This document shows, piece by piece, positions 27,275-34,595 of a stretch of 64,000 bases of DNA. The position numbers and the translations under genes are program-made. The stretch covers positions 123,795 to 187,794 of IMG/VR virus record IMGVR_UViG_3300014204_000114, one strand, 5' to 3'. Below the pieces are notes generated by a model. That model worked only from the letters and a program-made list of their open reading frames with translations, searched no databases and was not told the origin of the DNA. Numbering within the stretch: position 1 is the first letter of the stretch; the number at the start of each line of letters is the position of its first letter. The stretch comes from a virus. Lineage: Duplodnaviria; Caudoviricetes.

Positions 27275-28281
27275 ATGCTTGTTGCTATCGTGCAGCCTCT
27301 TGCTATTGTATAAATGCCGTTTTTAGTTCTTTCTACCGAAGTAGGATTGAACTGTAGAGGAGTACTCGTTAGTTGGTTTTTGAACACTTCTACAAAACCG
27401 TCTATTAGGGATGTCCCGCCAGCTATAACTACAGGCATATCTCTTAAATTATTAAGGTTCTTATTCTTTAGAGCGTTGACTGTATAAGCTACGGAGTACT
27501 CTATCATTCTTTTATAATAGCCAGCTATAGCTAGATGGAGATCGTCAGAATCGTTTGGTTTGAATATGTTAACGCCGCCTTTTTCTTTTTCCATCTGGAC
27601 TACACTGTCTTTAAGATTAGTGGCAATCGCGGCATTTCTATCAACCCAGTCTCCTGAACGAACTACTGAAAAAGTAAAGATTTCTTCGCCTTCAGCTACG
27701 ATAACTATATTAACCATACCGGCACCGTAATCAAAAACCATACCAGTAAGGTCGTTATCTAAGAGTTCAGAATAAGCAACTGCGGTAGCTTCATTTAAAG
27801 CCTCAGCATCATACCCTAAAGCTGTAAGCCAAGTCTTCATAAAGTCCTGGTGGTAGCCAACTGAGAAGTCTTCCGAGCTTTCGTCTACAGGTGCCGCCGG
27901 GATAGAATAAATAAGCTTCTCGCCTTTAGCGATAGGTTCCCCCACAACATCTTTTATAAGTGCTTTTAGAACAGGGAATGCATCCTTCTGACCCGGAGAA
28001 AGGACTCCACGTTTCATAGGTCTTTCCGCGGATTCATTCTTTTCTATAGCTTTTCCGATTGCATCTTCGCCAAGAACATAGAAGGTATTAGTTTCGGAGT
28101 CCTTATAAAACTTTTTCCCTGCAAGACCCTTCTCAATCATAGATCCAGCTAAAGGAGTAGAGGGTTTAATTTTAAAATATGCGTCGCGGATTAAAGAATA
28201 CTCAACCCCGTTTTCCTTTTCCCTTCCAGAGATAATAGTAGCGGTCCCAATATCAAGACCGCATCCTGCTTTTAACCCCAT
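27271..28281 (-). CDS. actin-like ATPase, volactin (VolA)-like
   Basis: Phosphate-1 GLDIGT, RPMKRGVL, YSIPAAPVD..YHQ, connect-1 LNEATAVAYSEL, phosphate-2 DYGAGMVN, RSGDWVD, adenosine AGGTS, ARG; start at ATG 28281 behind AAAGGT. Confidence 0.85.
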   Translation of the reverse strand: MGLKAGCGLDIGTATIISGREKENGVEYSLIRDAYFKIKPSTPLAGSMIEKGLAGKKFYKDSETNTFYVLGEDAIGKAIEKNESAERPMKRGVLSPGQKDAFPVLKALIKDVVGEPIAKGEKLIYSIPAAPVDESSEDFSVGYHQDFMKTWLTALGYDAEALNEATAVAYSELLDNDLTGMVFDYGAGMVNIVIVAEGEEIFTFSVVRSGDWVDRNAAIATNLKDSVVQMEKEKGGVNIFKPNDSDDLHLAIAGYYKRMIEYSVAYTVNALKNKNLNNLRDMPVVIAGGTSLIDGFVEVFKNQLTSTPLQFNPTSVERTKNGIYTIARGCTIATSI

Positions 28282-28282
28282 A

Positions 28283-28717
28283 CTATTTACCTTTCTTGAA
28301 TCTTCTGAGTTTTTCTTTTTGCTCTTCGATTGCGTCATCTGTTGATTCCTTTTCTACTTCGACTCCAATAAAACTAACTTTACTTTTAGCCCCAAGGACC
28401 ATAATTGTATCGTCGGTCTTCGGAACTTCTATTCCATCCTTAATCATATTTTGTATGTTACCAGAAACGCTTAAGGATTGCAAGTACTTTTTTATCTCTA
28501 TTTTAACTTCGGCGGCTATCTTAGAAGCAAGATCCTGGATTTCTTTATCTGACATATCAGATTTAACCCCGAATTCTTTATTTAAATTCGGGAGATTAAT
28601 CCTTACCTGTTGCATTTCTTCTCCTCTTCCAGGAATAAAACTCCTGACGAGCTTGCCTCCCTTAAGTTTGTAGTTAAACATTAAACCTTTTAATATTTTG
28701 CAAATTAAATCAAACAC
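28283..28717 (-). CDS. hypothetical protein, putative actin partner
   Basis: Stop lies 1 nt before the actin start; C-terminal amphipathic helix DDAIEEQKEKLRRFKK. Confidence 0.6.
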   Translation of the reverse strand: MFDLICKILKGLMFNYKLKGGKLVRSFIPGRGEEMQQVRINLPNLNKEFGVKSDMSDKEIQDLASKIAAEVKIEIKKYLQSLSVSGNIQNMIKDGIEVPKTDDTIMVLGAKSKVSFIGVEVEKESTDDAIEEQKEKLRRFKKGK

Positions 28718-29047
28718 TTACAATATGCTTATAATGGTCGTTGATGTACCGTCGCACTCCATTAATATCTCGCAGATAGGCATATCTTTAGACATAACAA
28801 GCTGAACTCCGGAAGCAATCTGGAACGGACTCATAGATAAGTCTGTATCTTCATCCCTATTGAACCATACTCTAAGATCGTCTGTCCCAACTATGGTAAC
28901 TTCTTTAGCCCATCTGCCGAGATCAGCCTCGCAATCAATCCTAAAACCATTCCCGGAACCTCCGGAAACAGTTATAGTATAGTTCTGATAGCGCTTAACC
29001 ATATCCATTCCGTTATATACTGGATAACTAACTGTAGTTACTGACAT
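28718..29047 (-). CDS. small beta-rich protein (possible virion decoration)
   Basis: AAGGAG RBS; TVSG, GGSG, IASG in 109 aa. Confidence 0.65.
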   Translation of the reverse strand: MSVTTVSYPVYNGMDMVKRYQNYTITVSGGSGNGFRIDCEADLGRWAKEVTIVGTDDLRVWFNRDEDTDLSMSPFQIASGVQLVMSKDMPICEILMECDGTSTTIISIL

Positions 29048-29063
29048 TTTTAAATTCTCCTTT

Positions 29064-29112
29064 TGTGCCTATCTGCACATTTTTATTATAACATCATTTT
29101 ATTCGACAGCAA
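29064..29112 (-). promoter_or_regulatory. sigma70 extended -10 promoter with overlapping palindrome
   Basis: TTGCTG (29112-29107), 16 nt spacer ending TGT, TATAAT (29090-29085); TGTGC-N6-GCACA at 29064-29079 spans the predicted +1. Confidence 0.6.
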
Positions 29113-29344
29113 GTTCGAACTCACGCCTGAATTCATCGTCTTGCATAACCCTAATAACGCCAGAAGAGTACTCCAATATCCACATACCGGACGAAACAAA
29201 TTTAGATGTCAGCCCCATCAGTACACCACCTTCATAATATGGTATATAAACATTCCCCTCTTCAGTCACCTGTATAGCTTTAACGGTCGTCCTTTTATAT
29301 TCAGGAGCTGAAAAAATTGTACTTACGTCTAATATATCTGACAT
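29099..29344 (-). CDS. small conserved phage protein
   Basis: K..VKAIQ..GMWI..G....DEF..EFE pattern of a common phage family; GGAGGG RBS. Confidence 0.6.
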   Translation of the reverse strand: MSDILDVSTIFSAPEYKRTTVKAIQVTEEGNVYIPYYEGGVLMGLTSKFVSSGMWILEYSSGVIRVMQDDEFRREFELAVE

Positions 29345-29353
29345 ATTCCCTCC

Positions 29354-30034
29354 TTATATATACTCTATTGTTAAAGACCTAAAATAAACATCAGCGGGAG
29401 CCGCTGCTACTGCTGTTCTTGTTAAAAATACTAAACGATTACCGGTGTAACTCCTTATTGATGTATGCCCTTCATAATCATGCCATGCTGAATCTTGTGG
29501 GTCATAACAACTAATACATCCATTTTGATGTTTCAATTTATAAGTTTGAATTCCAGGATTGGTTTTTGCTGTTCCGGTCCAAACAGCCACGCCAGTATCA
29601 CCTCCACTATTTGATACTAGCATTGCTTGAAATTGATGAACCACAGTACTATTATCTCTAACTTGTAAAAAATAACCACTATGATTAGAATCTGAAATAT
29701 CCCCAAAAAACAAATAAGCAGTTTCACTAACATCAATCTGAGCATGTTTTAATTGTATTGTCATTATAAAGTCGGCATATTTTAATGGTAACATAAAAGC
29801 GGAACAGTGATTTTTAACTGCAACTACTGTTGGTAGCCAACCCTCTCCTGCTACATAATTCCAAGTACCATCAATACTGTAAGCACTTGCTCCAATCATC
29901 CCTGCAACAGATAACGGAAATAGACTAGTTATATCATCATTAAAAACTAACCCCTTAGCTTTACAAGCAGCCTTTGTAGTGTCAGTATTAATAAAATCAA
30001 AAGATAAATTTTTAGGTTGTGGTATATACGACAT
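29354..30034 (-). CDS. putative receptor-binding beta-sandwich protein, paralogue 3
   Basis: Shares MSY..P.N.SFDF..TKA.C.A..FNDD and W.DYEGH with the two upstream genes. Confidence 0.6.
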   Translation of the reverse strand: MSYIPQPKNLSFDFINTDTTKAACKAKGLVFNDDITSLFPLSVAGMIGASAYSIDGTWNYVAGEGWLPTVVAVKNHCSAFMLPLKYADFIMTIQLKHAQIDVSETAYLFFGDISDSNHSGYFLQVRDNSTVVHQFQAMLVSNSGGDTGVAVWTGTAKTNPGIQTYKLKHQNGCISCYDPQDSAWHDYEGHTSIRSYTGNRLVFLTRTAVAAAPADVYFRSLTIEYI

Positions 30035-30717
30035 TATATTTCACTATTCGCTAAATAAGTTATATCTAATTTTTGTAAATATACAGGAGCTAAATTAATT
30101 TCTGTATATTTATAAACTCCTACAAAAACATGACTATATGAATAACTTAATCCCGCGACTTGATGTCCTTCATATTCATGCCAGCTATCATCCAAATCAT
30201 CATAAACAGATAAGACGCTATTAATAGACTTAAATTTATAAATTCTATTACCTGTTCCCGCTAACGCTGCTCCAACATATTGATTAGTATAAGAATCATC
30301 ACCATCATTAGTATCTAAAATACATACTAATTCACTTGCGGCAGCATTAATATCAAGCATACGAGCAAAAGCACCTAAATGATTTGAAGGTGTTAAGCCG
30401 CCTAAAATAATAGCAACTTCGTCTCCGTCAGCAGCAGGTTCAAAATCTAAGTATAGATCAGCTTGCCAGTCTCCTCTTTCCAATTTAATTATAAATCCTG
30501 CAATTTGATCATCACCCTGTCCAGAAGATAACCAACCAGTATCAGCAGTGTATGCCCACGTGCCACCAAACGCCGTATATATACCTAACGAAGTTGGAAA
30601 CAAACAATCTACATCATCATTAAACCAAATTTTTGCAGCATTGCACTTAGCTTTGGTATCATAATCTGTACCAGTAAAATCAAAAGACTGATTAATTGGA
30701 TTTGAACTATAACTCAT
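30034..30717 (-). CDS. putative receptor-binding beta-sandwich protein, paralogue 2
   Basis: SFDFTGT.Y.TKAKCNAA, SNH.G, TNDGDD, GAALAGTG, SW.EYEGHQ. Confidence 0.6.
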   Translation of the reverse strand: MSYSSNPINQSFDFTGTDYDTKAKCNAAKIWFNDDVDCLFPTSLGIYTAFGGTWAYTADTGWLSSGQGDDQIAGFIIKLERGDWQADLYLDFEPAADGDEVAIILGGLTPSNHLGAFARMLDINAAASELVCILDTNDGDDSYTNQYVGAALAGTGNRIYKFKSINSVLSVYDDLDDSWHEYEGHQVAGLSYSYSHVFVGVYKYTEINLAPVYLQKLDITYLANSEI

Positions 30718-31402
30718 TGTTATTTATATACGTTATATCAATTTTTCTAATGTAAATAGGCGCTAATGCTTTAGCCGCAGTTTTGTAATTAAAGAACCCA
30801 ACATAATTATAAGTATAACTCCTACCTACGTCTTGATGTCCTTCATAATCGTTCCAGCTATCATTTTGATCATCATATATAGAAATGACGCCATTAACAG
30901 ATTTTACTTTTAAATACCTAACACCAGTTCCCGCTAACGCAGCTCCAGTGTATTTATTTGTTAAAGTATCATCTCCGTCATTTGTCCATAAATTCCATAC
31001 CAATTGAGGGGCACCTGCATCATCATTTTCATCATATGCCTGACCCCCAAAACCGATATGATTTGAATCAGTGATACAGCAAATACGCATATAGCCTCTT
31101 TCGTTAGCTGCACCACTTTCCTCATAATCAAATTCTAAATCTACTTGAAAATTTTGTTTCGTTAGCCTAATAATAAAATCTGCATTCTGACTCTCCCCTA
31201 TACTAGATGCAATCCAACCATTGCCAGCAGAATGAGTCCACGTACCACTCTGAACTGTAAACCCAGCTATACCAAAACTTGTAGGGTAGTAACCACCATC
31301 ATCATGAAAATATATCCCGGCGGCATTACATTTAGCCTTAGTGTTATACTGAGTGCCTGTAAAGTCAAAAGACTTATTGATTGGATTTGGATAATAACTC
31401 AT
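30707..31402 (-). CDS. putative receptor-binding beta-sandwich protein, paralogue 1
   Basis: Same motifs as paralogue 2; coupled to the upstream tail fibre gene. Confidence 0.6.
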   Translation of the reverse strand: MSYYPNPINKSFDFTGTQYNTKAKCNAAGIYFHDDGGYYPTSFGIAGFTVQSGTWTHSAGNGWIASSIGESQNADFIIRLTKQNFQVDLEFDYEESGAANERGYMRICCITDSNHIGFGGQAYDENDDAGAPQLVWNLWTNDGDDTLTNKYTGAALAGTGVRYLKVKSVNGVISIYDDQNDSWNDYEGHQDVGRSYTYNYVGFFNYKTAAKALAPIYIRKIDITYINNNEL

Positions 31403-33813
31403 ACTATACCGTAATTGATCCCGTCCGTTGTTAGTATAACTGCTCCATAAGACTCTTCGATAGTAAAAGTAGATTGTCCATCAATGGTTTTTCCGTTAGC
31501 GTCTAAAATAATTCCAAACTGATTTGCATGCCCACAAAAATCTTTTACTCTTAAAAAATCCCCGGCATGCCCAGAAGTAGTAGGAAGAGTCAAAGTCCTA
31601 TCGGCAGTTAGATCGGTATAACAAATCAATTCCCACCAGGAAGGAGTCGCATAGTCCGCGTCATTTATACCCGAATAAGTAAAACGAGTCGTATCAACAT
31701 AAGTCTTAATTGCTTTTTCGGTTGGAACGACCGAGTCTGAATCTCCTGACAAGGTTCCGTCAGTAGAAAATTCGTTTACTGAAGCGCCTGTTGCTAAAGT
31801 AAGTGCTCCGTCAGACCCTAAAGTTACGTTATCCAACCAACCATTTAATTCTGTATATTCGCCGCTTGTTAGATGGTAATACTGATCAGATGTCCCGCCT
31901 TGAATACCAGTTAAGTTATTGTGAGGAGTTGCTCCACCTACAGAATCATCAACGTACTTCTTAGTTACTATCTGATGGTCAGTAGTAAATGTTTTGCCAT
32001 CATTATAAGATACTATGCCGGTAAAGGCTCTAGTGCCGTCTACCAAACTATATTGAGTATGATCATCATCAGTAAGACCAGTTAAATTCCCATGGTCAGA
32101 CGCAGCAGCCATAGTAAATACATTTGTAAAGGCAGACTCGACTGCAATAGGGGCGTCTACGCTTTTCTTAATAATAATCCTACCTACCAAAAGCCCAATC
32201 TCACGTATATGTACGGGTAGATTAGAAGGAGATTCTACGATCTCGGCTTCTGCGGCTGTATTATATTGAGCTTGGGGATATACAAGAGCTACCCCCGGCG
32301 TCCCATTATTCATTTCTCCGTACACCCAGACATTACAATATTTATTATTGTCCATTGTTTGGAGAGTAGTCTGAGTGACATCATTCCATTGAGTAACCGA
32401 ATACTGCGTAACGTCACTGACCTGCCAGCCGGTTCCCGCTTTATACCAGTAGTATTCTACCGTACCAGATACATTAGTATCTATTCCAGCAAAATCAACC
32501 TCGTCTAAAGTAGCCCAAATAGTCCCGGCAGTAACAGCTATATTTCTGGTGCCAGTCACAGAAAGAATAAGCCCGCCTACCGTTGCATCGCGTCTAATAT
32601 AACCAAAGCTTCTTAATGCTTCGGCTATGTTTGTCATCCCGTCCGTAATCCACCAAGGAGAGTAGCCGATATAAATTTCTTCCGCGCCGTTTATAGTTTC
32701 ATTGACTATTCGACCTAGAGGAAATTCGGAATCAAAATCCCAATTATAGCTTGTTCTGGAAACTACTTGCGGAGTACCCGAGTTATATTCTACGCCTATG
32801 TATCTTATAGAGTCTGCGGGGATTGTTATATCTGCAGGAGCAGGCCAATCAAAAAACATTAGCTGAGCATTATCATCGTCTGTAGCTTTTATAAACCCAG
32901 TGCCTGCCGTAACTGCGACTTTACTAGAACCGGCATCTGTAATAAGTCCGCCGGTCTTTCTTCCACAAGAACCAAACGAATTACAAAAATCATTAATAGT
33001 CGAATAAGTAGGGGTGCCTAAAATCTGGTTGGGTATCTTAACACCATCTTCGTCTATTATAAGTTTAGTGTCAAGTCCGGATGCCATGAACCTGATATCA
33101 CTACCAGATTTTCGCGTAGAGATAACTATACCATCAGCCGCCGCACCAAAATCTCCGGTATCTCCAGCTTGTAAAACAATTCTATTGGCTAATGCGGAAG
33201 TAGGGTTATTAATAGAAGTAGTATAGAGACCGCCAATTTGCCCCTCGTCGTTTTCTAAGATCAGGCCAGTTAATGCACTAGACCCAGCGTTTGGATTAGA
33301 TAGTATTGTAATGGCAGAATCATTCTCGTCAGACGAAACTTTAAAGTCTACCCCGGCTGCTAAATTAAGCTTTACATTAGAGCTATCAAATAGTAACTCC
33401 GCGTCATCCCCGGCTCCTAGAACTACGCCAGCATTATCACCCAAATGAATAGTACCATCTGTTTCTAAAGTAACATTATCTAGCCATGCGTTTACTTCAG
33501 TGTACTCTCCGGAAGTCATATGGTAGTACTGATTAGTAGTACCACCTTGTAAGCCAAGTAAACTATTATGGTTTGTAGTTAATCCAGCAATAGCAGTGTC
33601 AACATAAGTCTTGGTAGCCTTCTCTGTAGGAACAGCAGAGTTTGAATCGCCACTTAAAGTAACATCCGAGGAAAACTCGTTAATTGAGACTCCGGCAGCA
33701 AGCTGCATAGAGCCATCAGCCCCGAGCGTAACGCTATCCAGCCAATCAGTAAGCTCAGTTACATTGGTAATAACTTTATTATCAGTACTCAGTCCTATTG
33801 TTTTTATAGGCAT
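31399..33813 (-). CDS. tail fibre protein with modular repeats
   Basis: Two EFS.D.TLSGDS.S.VPTEKA.KTYVD modules, two HN.L.G.QGG..YYH.TSGEY modules, DHGNLTGL.DDDHTQY, C-terminal TLTLP..G..VKD..G..IDG..DG domain. Confidence 0.8.
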   Translation of the reverse strand: MPIKTIGLSTDNKVITNVTELTDWLDSVTLGADGSMQLAAGVSINEFSSDVTLSGDSNSAVPTEKATKTYVDTAIAGLTTNHNSLLGLQGGTTNQYYHMTSGEYTEVNAWLDNVTLETDGTIHLGDNAGVVLGAGDDAELLFDSSNVKLNLAAGVDFKVSSDENDSAITILSNPNAGSSALTGLILENDEGQIGGLYTTSINNPTSALANRIVLQAGDTGDFGAAADGIVISTRKSGSDIRFMASGLDTKLIIDEDGVKIPNQILGTPTYSTINDFCNSFGSCGRKTGGLITDAGSSKVAVTAGTGFIKATDDDNAQLMFFDWPAPADITIPADSIRYIGVEYNSGTPQVVSRTSYNWDFDSEFPLGRIVNETINGAEEIYIGYSPWWITDGMTNIAEALRSFGYIRRDATVGGLILSVTGTRNIAVTAGTIWATLDEVDFAGIDTNVSGTVEYYWYKAGTGWQVSDVTQYSVTQWNDVTQTTLQTMDNNKYCNVWVYGEMNNGTPGVALVYPQAQYNTAAEAEIVESPSNLPVHIREIGLLVGRIIIKKSVDAPIAVESAFTNVFTMAAASDHGNLTGLTDDDHTQYSLVDGTRAFTGIVSYNDGKTFTTDHQIVTKKYVDDSVGGATPHNNLTGIQGGTSDQYYHLTSGEYTELNGWLDNVTLGSDGALTLATGASVNEFSTDGTLSGDSDSVVPTEKAIKTYVDTTRFTYSGINDADYATPSWWELICYTDLTADRTLTLPTTSGHAGDFLRVKDFCGHANQFGIILDANGKTIDGQSTFTIEESYGAVILTTDGINYGIV

Positions 33814-33816
33814 AAT

Positions 33817-34002
33817 TTACAACAGTTTATTTACGTCGAATAATATATCATTAACCGTTTTAGTCTCAAGTTCTATAAGGACTAAAACCTTCTTCCGCGC
33901 AAGTTCAAGATCAGCCATTTGTTTATCTAGAAGCTCTATTTGAGCTTTGTGTGAGGCTAACCTCTCATCTATCTTTTTTAACATATCTGTTCTGTCTGAC
34001 AT
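33817..34002 (-). CDS. small coiled-coil protein (possible fibre chaperone)
   Basis: GAGGT RBS before ATG 34002; heptad pattern. Confidence 0.6.
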   Translation of the reverse strand: MSDRTDMLKKIDERLASHKAQIELLDKQMADLELARKKVLVLIELETKTVNDILFDVNKLL

Positions 34003-34004
34003 AG

Positions 34005-34586
34005 CTACCTCTTTTGAAAACTTAACTCTTCTATGACAACCCAATACCTTTTTATCATAACGAACTTATCGCCGGGAGTTATTGTAATAATAATTTTATC
34101 CCCTTCTTTTAAAGTCTCATAATAGTTTACAAATATCATATCGTTCGTAGTGGTATAATCCGAAAGTACATTCTCTCCAGCTTGAACATTAAATCTGCAA
34201 GAGTCGCCATCTTTTTCCACATATACTTTAATTTCGTATTCCCCGTCAGTCTTAACAGCAGGAGCGACAAGAAATGGGAGTTCCTTAGAAGTATCCGCGG
34301 GGATGTTTAAAGGTTCGCCAGTATACTTATACACTTTCTCAATTCTGGATCTTGGATCTACTTGAGTTTTTCCTATAAATAACTTGTCAGTTTCAATAAG
34401 TCTATTTGAAAGTGCGTAGGCCTCTTCTAAAACCTTTAGCCGTTTCTCGTGGTCAAGAAAATCTTCTCTGGACAACTGATCTAATATGGCCTCTAAGGGC
34501 TTCCTTATCCCTAGAAACTCTAATGGATCGCCATTAAATGTTTCATGGCGTTTTGTCTGTTCATTCATTACAACTAATTTTGCCAT
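34005..34586 (-). CDS. hypothetical tail-associated protein
   Basis: Short coiled coil (DHEKRLKVLE) plus beta-rich C-terminal domain; lies between fibre genes. Confidence 0.6.
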   Translation of the reverse strand: MAKLVVMNEQTKRHETFNGDPLEFLGIRKPLEAILDQLSREDFLDHEKRLKVLEEAYALSNRLIETDKLFIGKTQVDPRSRIEKVYKYTGEPLNIPADTSKELPFLVAPAVKTDGEYEIKVYVEKDGDSCRFNVQAGENVLSDYTTTNDMIFVNYYETLKEGDKIIITITPGDKFVMIKRYWVVIEELSFQKR

Positions 34587-34595
34587 ACTAATCCT

